A stretch of 64,000 bases of DNA from Adineta vaga. Lineage: Eukaryota > Animalia > Rotifera. Below, one piece after another: positions 24,549 through 40,307 of the stretch. The notes beneath the pieces are model-generated. The model ran no database searches. It saw nothing but the letters and a program-made list of their open reading frames with translations, and was not told the DNA's origin. A program made the position numbers and the translations under genes. The stretch spans positions 14,880,001 through 14,944,000 of the forward strand of contig CP075494.1 of the NCBI GenBank assembly GCA_021613535.1. Reading direction: 5' to 3'. Each line of letters starts with the position of its first letter. Position 1 is the stretch's first letter.

Positions 24549-27500
24549 TCACTCGAGTTGGATGGATATAAAATCATTGTAATTTGATGGTTGTGGAGTA
24601 CTAGCACGACTGGATGCTGCTGAAGACATCATGGACGATGAGCCACCACCTTCCAAACGACTACCAACAAAGTTTAGCAAATATTGTTCACGTTCTAAAT
24701 GATAAAATGGTTAAAGATTCAACTAATACAATAAACATTAGTCTTACCTTGCCCAGTCAATGGACAATCACGTGAAACAGCTCGATGTAGTAAAACATAA
24801 AGTGCGGTACATGCGACGGATTCGTACGGTGTACTGATTTCTAAACTATTAGCACGTAGTGATGAAGCAATCGCAGTTGCAGCAGCTGTCGCGGATGATG
24901 AGCTTTTCGGTTTTGGTTGAGCACATTTATTCATTGAAAGTTCACGAACAAGTGGCGCTACTATTGTATTCCATTTTGTTTGTAACCAACTAAATAAAAT
25001 TCGATTAGATATTAGTTTGTGATTTGTAACAATCGATAGTACTTACTCAAAAATAGCTTCACGTTCCATAGGACAATCGAAAAATAGAGCTGGTCCAAGC
25101 AATGCATCTTGAAGACTTAATTTTTGTAAACATTCATTATAACGTTGCCAAACATTTGTCACCCATTGTAATGTTTTGATCAATTCATTATCAACTGATC
25201 GATTTTCACAAATATTACTACAAATAATCTATTTACTTTTAATCAATATAAAAACTTTCTTTAAACTTACATGTCAATCATACGTCTCCATAAATGTCGT
25301 TTGAGTAAACCATTCCAAGGTACACTATCAATTTTGAATGGTATCCATTTAAATTTCTTATAGATTTCATGTTCAGTTGACCATGTACGTTTACTCATCG
25401 TAACAAATATATGATAAACAGATGGAAAATAATAAATTACTGTCGATTCTAATGAATACAATCGAAAAATAAGTTTTAGAGAAAAAGAACTATTTCATTT
25501 CTCATTACTTGAATCATTTTCTTTCGTATAGAAAAATCGTTGACATATATCAGAGATATTTTCACTATTCAATAAAATATTTAATATATCTGTACCAACA
25601 CTATTTTGTATATTTGCAAAAAATAGAAGATGTTTTATAGATTGTTGATCATTGAGCCATGGTTGTGTACGAAAAAAATCTAAAATAGAATGAAAAAGAT
25701 TTTGAAAAAACAAAAAAAGATCCTCATACCTTGTTCAATTAATTCATCAATACAATCTTCTAAACTCGTTACACTTTCAAATTCATATCGAATTAATTTA
25801 AATTTTGGACTAGATGAAAAAGCCATTGGCCGTTCCAAATATCTCATCAAATCTTCAAATAATGATTTCTTTTGTAAATAAGCTGCACCATAAACTCCAA
25901 CATAAGGATTTTGTTCAATCTAAATAATGAAAGATTTCTTTATGACTACGTAATAAGAAATACTTACAAAACGAATGAAATTCTTTAAATTTTGACTTGG
26001 AATAAAATAATTATATCCTAAAGAATCAGTAGCATTATTTTCAATTCCTTTCAATTGAATCAGAATAGTATTTTGTTCTCGTGCAGCTGTATATGGCATA
26101 GGTGAATTATCATTTGGACTATCTTGATAATGCCATTTTGTTAAACCTAATATTAATGTATCAATTTGATTTGCTGTACAACCAATAGATGATTTGATAT
26201 AATCAAATGGTGAATCAATTTGTACAATATGATCAAGAAAAAGTTTGATACATGTTCGTTCGAGTTCAAGCCAAGATAGATCGATTGTAATTGATACTGT
26301 ACCAATTGCATAGGAATATCGACGTTCATGATTTGAAGATGCAATACGAACGATGAGATTAGTTGGTTTGGAATTAGCTAAATACAAAAGAAAGATGAGA
26401 TTTTATTAGTTTTGAAATTGATTGTTAAACCTTCTTCATCATGTAATGTGGCGAGAAGAGCAAGACATTCATTGGAAATAAATGAATTTGGATCGAAAAA
26501 TTTGACAAAATCTTGAATAGTTATCATAGCAAATGAACATTCAAGAAAATGCTAGAATAATTAAATAGTTAGAGAAACAAATTGAAATTAGAAGAAAATA
26601 ATCTTTACAGTATTTGAAGATCGTAATGATGTTCTTATCAAACGTGAAATATATGACGCATCATCTTTGACATGTTCATGTAAAATAGATAATAAATAAC
26701 CAAATGTATTCGTACGATTATGTTCAATAGCATCAAATATCAGATCTACAGGTGGCTAGACAAAAAACAAACAATACACTTGAATATTATGTTTATAAAA
26801 TAATATTTACTAGAGTTTGACTCATTTCAGTAAATAATTGTAAACATTCAAGTTCATTGATTTCATTCAATCGAGATAGATTATACCATGGTGATAAACC
26901 AAGATTATTTTCAATAGATGAATTAGCACCAAATTTAAATAAATGACGAATGCATTCGATATGTCCATTAGAAGCAGCTAGATGAAGACAAGTATTTCCA
27001 TCAAGCATTTGTGTATTTGGATTGGAACCAAGTTGAAGAAATTTGAATAATTGTTCTAAAAATAATTTATTCTTTTTTTCATTTTGAATGAATAATAAAG
27101 ATTTATTTACCTGTATCTCCATTCTCAGCAGTTCGAATAAGAATTATATCGGAATTAGCAGATGATGATGAATTGGTTGTTGTTGATAATAATGATACAG
27201 ATGTTAAGGATGATGTGGGATTCGAATCACTTTTGTCGACGTATAATGATAGATCGGCAACGTCTGTGGGAGAAGTTAAACGATTTTCAGCAACTAAAAC
27301 ATGATAGATAGAGATATCATCAATACCGATAAGATAAAAACGATTGAGCCAAGCAAATACAATTAGCATGATTAGTATATATAAAGATATGTATAAGAAA
27401 CACAAGAAGATATTTTTAAAAAATAAGCAGCTCAGTGATCAATATTCACACAAATATGAAAGAAAAGCATATAGAGATAGACGAAGGGTGATTGAATGTG

Positions 27501-29527
27501 CGGTAATATAGAATTGATCGATTTACCTGTATGAATTATTTCTAACAAAGTTTGTAGATCATCAATTTTGTGTTCTGATGAAAAGCTAGTCTATAAGATG
27601 GAGAGAGAATAGAATTCAGAAGCACATGTCGATTTAAAACTATATATTGAAATCTTCACTCATTCAATAACATCATCTTATTCTGTTTTGTCAAGTAATT
27701 GATTCTTTACCTGGCCAGGTCGTTTCGCTGGACCAGTTTTTGTTGTCGGTTTAACAATTTGATTGGAAGTTTTCGTTAAACGTGGAATACCACCGGCACG
27801 TGTTATATTATTCGTTGTTGTCGAAGATGATGAAGATGATTGACTATTGCTGGGTGATGAACGAAGATTAGACATTAATGGTGATTGTGATACATTTGAT
27901 ACTGCACGTGTAGGAATAATATTACGTTTAGCAACAGCTGGTGTTGGTGAAGATGGTAAATCAGGAAAAGATGATGTGGAAGTTGTCATGGATGGTGTTG
28001 GTTGAGTACGTGTTGGAATTGATGGAGGAACAACAGCTGGTTTTGTTATTGAACTTGCAGTATTTTTTGATGATGGTGCTGGAATGATAGTTGGACGACG
28101 AATACCACCGGCCGTTGCTGTTGATGGTGGTGGTGGTGGTAGTGGTAGTGGTTGTTGTTTTTCAATATTGAGTGGTTCATTTATTGGAACTGTTGATGAG
28201 ACTTGTCGTGGTTTATATTGAGGTTTAGATGCAGCTTCAACGACTTCGCTATCTGGTGATGGTGTATCTAATATTATCAATGAAATGATATATTTGAATA
28301 GAAAATGAATATTTACCATTTGTCATCATTGGTGATGGTGGTGGTGGAGGTGGTAGTGATGATTGTTCTTGTTGTTTTTTCTCTTTGACTAATAGATCAA
28401 TTTCTTTTTGTAATTGTGTGATACGTGCAGTTAATACTTGTTTATTGCGTTCGTTTTCTAGTTCTAATTCTTTAAATTTTGTTTCTCTTTCTGTATCATC
28501 ACTAAAATCAAACCAAACAATAGATAAAGTTTGCCTTTTCGAAATGAAATTGTTCATTGTTTACTTCAAACGATTATTTGATAACTGTTTCAATTGTTCT
28601 TGATGTTGTTCATTTTCAATTTTACGTTCATTCAAAAGAAGAATAACGAATTTCTTATGTTTTTCATGTTCATTTTCCAGTAATTTCATTACTTGAGTTA
28701 ATTGTTGTTCTAATTCTTGATTATGTGATTTAACATAATTAATCTAAAATAAATTCGCATACAAGCAAAGTTTTGTTTTAAAAAAATAGAAAAAATACTT
28801 CATTTCTTAATTGAATTTTTTCTTCTTCCATAATTACGAATTGACTTTGAAGAACTTGTAATCGACTTTTTTCTTTTCTTTCATTTTCAAGTTCTCGAAC
28901 CAACTAAAATAATTCAAGATATTAATATGAAAAACTTTCTTTTCATTCATCTTACTGTCACACAAGTTTTCTCGGCATTATCAAGTGCAATTTTTAATGT
29001 TGTAACTTGTTTTCTCTGTTGAATGATTAATTCTTCAAGTTGAACAAGTTGAGTTTCATAGGCATTTTTCATTGGCATTTGTTCGTTGAGAACATCTTCT
29101 TTCACATGTTCACTATCTCGAAGTAATGCATTATATGGATCAGTTTGACAACTAAGACGACCGAATCGAGCATTTGATAGAAGTGTTTTCATTTTTTCTG
29201 ACTAGAAACATTTAATCAATATATATTGTCTTATTTTTTATGTAATTCGAAAATGAAATTATATTTACCTTTAGTGCGGCTAATGCAATTTCTTTGGCTT
29301 GAAGTTCAGCTTCGAAACGTCCTAATAATTGAATTAATTCATCTTTTTTCAATTCATATTTTGGATTACGCTAAAAATACGAATTTTGTTTTTTACAACA
29401 ATTACAATAATCCGATGAAAATTTTTACTTTAAGCGTATTAGCACCAGCCGCTCGATTTTGTTTATTTGGCGACGAATGTTTCTTCTTTTCTTTTGCTGG
29501 TGTAGAAGTTACCATAGTTGTTGCCAT
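24549..29527 (-). CDS. CTTNBP2: Cortactin-binding protein 2 (CortBP2 coiled coil, Pro/Ser-rich region, ankyrin repeats, degenerate AAA-like region)
   Basis: N-terminal ELKKDELIQLLGRFEAELQAKEIALAALK and DPYNALLRD. Ankyrin GNTCLHLAASNGHIECIRHL. C-terminal region with LGPALFFDCP and WLQTKWNTIVAP. Confidence 0.85.
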
Positions 29528-30291
29528 GATTTTCTTTTCTTTTCCTATAAATCTACCTTTTAATATACATCTAAAAGCAAATCGATGCGTCAATTAAATA
29601 TTCAATTACAAAAAATGCATCTTGTTCAGTTTGTAACAATGTATATGTACTTGAGAAGAAATTTAATTGTTCATTACTTCGTTTAGTTATTACATCTCCT
29701 TTTCTATTCGGCTCAATGAATTTAAACGCATACTTACTTGCATCGAACATACAACTGATCAATATATTCGATCATATCAATCTCAAATCAAAGGAAAGAA
29801 GAAAAAAACCCTAAAAATAGATATATATATTGATCAATCAATTTTCATTGTCAATATTCAATGTCATGCCATCGATACACCATATGTGGCCCTAGTAGCA
29901 GTAGCAAACAAAAAACAAACGATGCCGGTAGGATAGTACAATACATTGTAAAATAATGACACTCCTATAGAATAATTGATCGATTAGATGTCGCTAATGA
30001 ACAGACGTTCATATGAATGATGATGATCAACCTTCGTAGAAAATACAATTTCAACATCATCGTCGTTGTTATATACTAATGATTCTAATTGTATGATAAT
30101 ACTTTCGTCAACAAAAGCGTTTTAGTTTACTCAACATGTAGACTTTTACTATTTACAAGTTCTAAGGTCATCTTGATTATAAACGAAGTTTATATGAAGA
30201 TAAAACGTGTCCTTCTTTCTTCCGTATCTAAATATAGATTGTAATATGACGACCTAGACAATATAAAATTTGTCTTTCATGTATGAAGTTT

Positions 30292-32725
30292 TTATTCATT
30301 TATAAACATTTGAGTTGTAACTGATGGTCTCGCAATACGAAAACGTGTTCCTTCAATAGGCGTTTCAGTTTCTATATCTTGATGATCAATACTTGTTGTA
30401 TGAAGACTTGATTCTGGTACTGAACTTTGTCGATGAAAATATACTTTAGATTTACTTGTTTGTTGTTTTTTCATTGATTGATTTCGTCGATTTTCATGTG
30501 ATTCAGAGAAAGATTTTCGAAATTTTTCGAATCGAGGTTTACGTAATGAATATGTTCGATTGAATGCTGATGACCATGACATTATTTGTCGTTGGTCTTG
30601 TTCACATAGAAATAATTCATACCATTTCGGTGGTAAAATTTCAATAATTTCTTGATAAAATGATTGCTGTTCGTTCTCTGTTGATGCTTGAGTATTACAA
30701 GGTTGTAAATGAAATAGATCAATGAATGTTATTGGTATTTCTTCTTGACACATATCAAGAAGATCATTCACAAGTAGACGTACTTTTTCTCGACTATACG
30801 AATTCAATAAATTATAATCACGTTTATCAAAAATATCGAGATTATATTCTTTTGCAAATGTATTAAAACCAATTAAATTTCGTCGTAATTCAACATCGTT
30901 TAATTCATTATCTGTAGTTACGGATGATATTTGTCCAATTTCTTGTTGATGTTGAGAATTTTCATGAGAAGTTAATGATCGAAATGTTTTCCAATGATTA
31001 TTCATTGATTGTCGTAAATTATTACGCGTCAATGGTAAATTTGTTGAGTCTAAATCACCTTCATGAATCGTTTTATTATAATCACGCGCAACTTTAACAT
31101 CGTAATGAAAAAAATTTGTTATATCTTTATTCGGTTGATGTAATGGTACAACTTCTTTTATACGTAAAATAAATAAAGCCATAATTATGATACAAATAAT
31201 ATTAACAATTGTCAATAATAGACTACAACCAGCAAGAATAGCTGCTTCAGTTGCTAAATTACATGTATACAATGGTTGATAATCATTATTAAGATACTTT
31301 GTACAATTGAGAACTGTATGATGTTCTTGTAGAGTAGTATTTTTCGAAGAAGAAGAAGAATCAAGAGCAGAAACATTTGGAAAGAAATGACTGAGTATTG
31401 TATAAGCAAATAGAAGTCCACAATTGACAGCTGGTGGAAGAAGAGATGCTAAAAAAAATCAATGAATCAATGAAGGTTTATGTAAGATCATCATAAGACA
31501 AACCTGAAATGGCAACACCAACAAGTGAACCTAATTATAAAATGAATAATAATTGATCTTCTCAAAAAATAAACATAATGTTGCATCGTACCTGTATTTC
31601 CACCAAGTACTGAAAGTGCAACACCTGCGCCACTTGGTAAAGCAATTAATATTCCAACCCATAAACGTTTAATATCTCCGCGTGACTTCATTTCTGATGT
31701 TGGAAAACTTGTTGAATTTCCCCATTTAGTTTCCGCAAATGTCGTAAATAATCTATTAACAATCCAAATCAAAACAAAAACTTCGCATTTTCTTTCAAGT
31801 TTTACCCGAGAATAAATCCACAGCTAATACAAATAATTAAACCAATCAATTCATTTCGAAAACCTCTTTTCCATAATGAATGTTCACGCACTGACAGACC
31901 AAATACAATACCTAAAATTGGATTCATCAATGGACTAACTAACATACTAGCAACGATAATAACTGTTGAGTTTTCTAATAAACCAAATGCAGCTAACATC
32001 GAAGCCAAACATATCAAAAGAACAAAATCAAATGAAAGTGCTGTTGATGCTCGAATACTTCCAACAACTTGATGAACCATTAATCGTGCTCGAACACTCT
32101 TTTTGAAATTCGATACATCAATTCGTTTACGAATTTTACTTGTTAATGTTTCATCGACAAGTTTATTATCTAGACTATTTGATAGAGGTTCAGTTTGAGT
32201 TAGATCTTCTGTGAATGATAATGTTGAAATCGATTCATTTTGTCCTTCAAGAATAATTGTGGTGGGTAAAACAAAGATTTTCGTATTCGTTCGTTTACCG
32301 ATACCAAGTTTAAGTAAATCTTGTAAAATACGATCACTAACAAAACCAAATTCCACATAAAATGTTATTTGATAAGTTTTCTTATTCTCTGATCGTATCC
32401 ATACCGCTTCGATATGATTTTGGTCAGTTAAATAATTTGTCAATGCTACACATAAGGAATCTTGTGTTTGAACATGATCTTTATCAACGATTGAAGTACG
32501 AGATGTTGATAAAGGACAAATTAACGAAGCTGGTGTAATTAAAGCAGAGATTGCATTAACGGAGGGCTTAACAAAAGTGAAAGAGATGAATTAAATATCT
32601 CGAATGAAAAAACTTACGATTGAATTTGTTGGTTTAATTGGATTCGTCGTTTCTGGATAAGTTGATGTTTGTTTATTGAAATCATCGGGTAGAAAAATCA
32701 TAAAGAGTGCATAGTCACTCGACAT
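30292..32725 (-). CDS. DUF389-domain membrane protein (multi-exon)
   Basis: LAAFGLLENSTVIIVASMLVSPLMNPILG, IALPSGAGVALS and LVGVAISASLLPPAVN, all characteristic of DUF389. Confidence 0.88.
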
Positions 32726-33954
32726 AATTGATTGTATATGAAAAAGAAGAAATTTTGAAAATGATAATAGTATTTCAGGTCTATTTTGGTCTTATTGTTA
32801 TTCAATTAATAGTTTCTAATGTCAATATTATTTGTGACGTAGACAAATATAATCAATCAATTATATTCGAAAGGAGAAAATCGACAATGAATTTAATTGA
32901 ATAAAAAAAAAACATCGATGATGTTGATCAAGATTCGACTAATGAAGACACTTTTATCAATATCCATAAGGAATCTATAGAAGAAGAAAAAATACATCGT
33001 TTTGATCTTATCAACTGTTGAGTCTTGTCATTTGAGAATTCGACATGTTGATACTATTCAATCAAATGACATATCCAAGATTTGCAGGCTAGTTAGAGAT
33101 ATATCTGTTTTATCACTCTTATGTCTTACAGAATGTCAGATTATTTCGTGGCCTTGTCTCGTCATCATCATCTTTATTTACGTATTCTCTTACAGAATTA
33201 GTTAGTATTGTTCTTCTTTGTGTTGACATCTTGCTAAGATTAGAATATCTGTATATGATGTACTTTTAATGAATCTTGAGAATGTAATTAGATGAAAATA
33301 GGAAACATATATTGACAAGTAGAGGTTCTTTCATTTATGATTGTATTGTAATGAGTTCATAAAGTTTCGATTGTATTTTGTTTTTCTCATTCATTCTGTT
33401 TATATGTTATTCAACATCCAAACATCTCAAATAACGCTGGTATGCGTCGTAATCGATATGTCGATGAGACTCTTTTTCGAGATCGACGTTTTAAAAACAA
33501 ACGAACTCGGAAAAAAAAGTATCATCGTTTTAAATACACACACACACACGTACTGTATAAAGAAATAGAAAGAGAAAGAAAAATATGCGGAGGAGAAAAA
33601 AATGATAATGGCAGAATGAGAGAAACATTGTAATGAACAACAACAACAACAACAATAACAACAAACAAAAGGAAGGGAAAAATGAAAAATTTAAGTTTGA
33701 AATCGATAGAAGTATCGATAACCTACGCTGTCGATAAAGAAAGAAAGAAAGAAAGAAAACGAAAAGTTAATCAGCGTCGGTTCGTTTAAATGTATGTGTA
33801 TAAAGCGAAACGAACATAACATCGAACGATCAAACAAAGAGCAAATGAAAATATAAGATTGTTTGTCAAAAAAGAAAGGAGGTATCATAATCAATCAGAT
33901 TGTTATAGTAGACGTCATAGGGAGAAATGTTACTGCTTTTCATTTTTGTTTTGT

Positions 33955-37259
<3,305 letters not shown>

Positions 37260-39990
37260 GATATATGGTTACTGTAATTTATTTTTCAGGAAAATAGGAA
37301 TTTAATTCTTGATGTTAAAGATTTTTTATTTTAAAACTAAACGAAAAAGAGAAAAATAAATTGATTCTAAAGACATTATATAATCATTTGAAAAATAGAT
37401 AATAGATGCGTCTGGACATAAACAGATGTTAAATGCCATTTGAACCGAAAGACTGAACGAACGAAGTAACGAGCGAACATTCGTCTTCTCTCTTCTCTTT
37501 TCGCTCGTTTTCTCTTTTTTCTATTCTCATTTGTTTGTTTATTCTTTTCCTTTCATTCGTTCTCTGATAGTCTCATCATCATCATAACCATTTTCGTCAT
37601 CTGCCAATGCAACTTAAGATATTGTTAAAAAGTAAAAATTGCGTAAACTTGTCGGATTTTTATGTCCAACTTAACCAATTACAATGCGTATAGATGATGT
37701 CTTAGAAAAAAAATCTGACAAAAATCAATAGAAAAATCAACAGGGAAATATTCGATAGAGGACGTTACAAGTCGATCGTGTAATATCGTGAAGGTGTGGA
37801 TGAGAGTGAAAATTTGATTCTCAATCAATTCTTCATTGATATAGAATCTGATTCAAACAAACAAAGAGGAGTGAAAGAAGTTTCTAATCTAAATCTTCTA
37901 TGACTAAAACTTAGAAAATTTATTGGATTTCTACAATAAATGCGAAGCACAGTGTATTATTCATACAAATTGTATCATTATCAAACTTCACTTTGACTTT
38001 ATTCGGAGTTAGATTATGTTTTACAATAACATTAAATGCACAGAATACTTTTGATAAATCCCGTAAATTCAGATGAAACAAAACAGTACAATTTCAAATT
38101 GAAACTAATCAATAACACCAGTAAGTGGAAATGGTTTTGATGAACTATTTTCAAAAAACTTGTTCTAAAAAAATATATATCTAATAAATAAGATAGACTT
38201 CTTTCGTTACCATTTTGTCTCTTGATTTTTCCATGTTCTCATTTCTCACACAAATCACAATCAAAAATAAAATATCAAAAGTTTTATCAATATTTTCATT
38301 TTCATTCTTTTCTTTTGTTTTAATTCAAATAATAAACTTAACGAAATGATTATGTCTATTTCATTAGAATGAAATTTCGTTTACATGAATGATGTTATGC
38401 GAATTTGCCAATAGAGATCATATGTTTTTCCTCTTTTCATTCGTAGAATGATTCGAAGTTTAACAGATTGAATTAATCTTATGCTATTGTAATAATAACA
38501 AATCGAATCGGAAACCTGCCCAAACGTTTCAATTAACTTTCATTCAGAGTATTGTGAATAGAATAATGGTGATAATGATTTCTTCATTTGTAGTTTTTGT
38601 GTTTTATGCATAATATCTATATTCCATAGAAATACAGAAAATATAGTGATAAACTCAAAACTCGAACGAGATAAGCCATTTGTAAGACGATCATATCTTA
38701 TTTTCTCATCATTCAATGTCGTTATTTTCATCAAATATGTCAATGAGAACATAACATTCACTACCAAACATCTTCTGATCACTAACTCAACACATACATG
38801 AGATTCTCAAGCGAATAATTGCGATCAAATCAAGAATTGTTTTCTAAAGTACTACTTTTTGATGCATAATCATCTTTGTAAATAAATAAGTACATAGAAT
38901 CAATTCTACTTATCAATTTTATTCACAATGCAAGAGCTAATGTAGATGTGCATGTTAATAGATTTGATTTCATAGCACACTTCAGACTGTTAAGAGCATT
39001 TTTGTTATTGCCAAAACTAAATCCTACTTCACGTTCATTGCTGTTGATATCAAAACGTATTGGCTGATGTTCTTTATCAACTGTTGCATTTCATCTGTTA
39101 CAGGTTTGATGTTGACGATAAATAATCATTTTGTCTGTACAGATGAATATATCAGTTGAACATGTAATAAACATAGTTCTCGATCAAAGAACATAACCGA
39201 AAGAGCAGAAACGAAAATATAAAATTTATGTTTTTCTTTCGACATGTTTTGTCTCAGATAATCGATGAAAATATGTAGCTGTGATATATTATATTATGTA
39301 GCACTTTCAAAAGGATAGATAATTTTGCAGTCAGTTAGACAACTTTTATCGAAAAAAGTGTATTAATCATCATTACTGTCAAAATATTACCGATAAACTA
39401 CAAATACAAAGTTAAAACATTACGTTTTTGTCTAGATCATATATAGATAATTTTTCTTCTTATTCTTCGAAGACATTAATTGCCACCATTGACTCAAGTA
39501 CACGATGAATATCCAGTTACCCGATCAAACACATATTACATATGAACATCAAAAATTAAACGAACATATTTTACCAGATATTCCGTTTATCAAAAATTGA
39601 AACCAATTTTTTTAACAAAGCGCATATACACTAGAGATAAAACATTTGGGATGAAACTTGTGCTGCTATTCATTTGATTTCGATAAATTTCAACGAAACC
39701 TAGATGATATTATTTCTCTGCTGATAAGTCATTGTTGAAGGTGGAATCACCATTAATCATACAACCATCTGTGATACTATAAAGCTCATACCATTGTATT
39801 TCTTTTTATGTTGATTAGACTTCACACATAAAACTCTTTATTGAAATGATATCTTATGAGCAAAATTAGAAAAACGTTAAAATATGAGCTATCACTCAAT
39901 TGATTCAGACATGCAATATCGAACATTCATTAGCTAACTTTTCATAAGCGTTCAGAAGAAAAATGACAATGAATGTGTTTCTTTATCCTA

Positions 39991-40307
39991 CGGTTAACCT
40001 GAATTTGATCGAAAAGTAAAAATATCGAACAGAAAAAGGGTGGGTGTGGGTGTTAGTGACACTCACCTGTTGATATGTTACCCACACCCACACCGTCATC
40101 CACACACACACTGTCACCAACACCAACACAGTCACTCACATGCTCACCGTCACCCACACCCACCCGAAAAAAAACAAAAAATGATAGAAGCCTGGAATTC
40201 CTTTTTCTTCTATTCTTCCATTTTCGATTTTATTGTCTGTTCGTCATTTTTATTTTCGACATTTTTACCGTCGATATTTTTCAATTCGACATTATTCACT
40301 AGAATCT
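39991..40307. mobile_element. Degenerate MITE-like element with inverted arrays of TCGA-containing short repeats
   Basis: Left end gatcgaaaagtaaaaatatcgaacag. The reverse complement of the right end reads gtcgaattgaaaaatatcgacggtaaaaatgtcgaaaataaaaatgacgaacag. No clean TSD seen. Confidence 0.45.
40038..40166. repeat. GGGTGT/CCCACA-rich inverted repeat with internal ~18-bp minisatellite (telomere-like)
   Basis: gggtgggtgtgggtg...gtgac at the left and gtcacccacacccaccc at the right, with internal units approximating CACCCACACCGTCACCCA. Confidence 0.7.

Noticed and set aside
25860-25920. Degenerate Walker A (VYGAAYLQK) in CTTNBP2 as a novelty
   Set aside because: The C-terminal AAA-like region of CTTNBP2 is also degenerate in other animals.
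30292-32725. DUF389 gene as a recent bacterial horizontal transfer
   Set aside because: It has several introns and host-like composition, and the family also occurs in other animals. No support without a phylogeny.
37900-39960. Coding-like tracts on the minus strand
   Set aside because: Interrupted by stops and frameshifts, with no family recognisable by eye. Mentioned only as part of the island.
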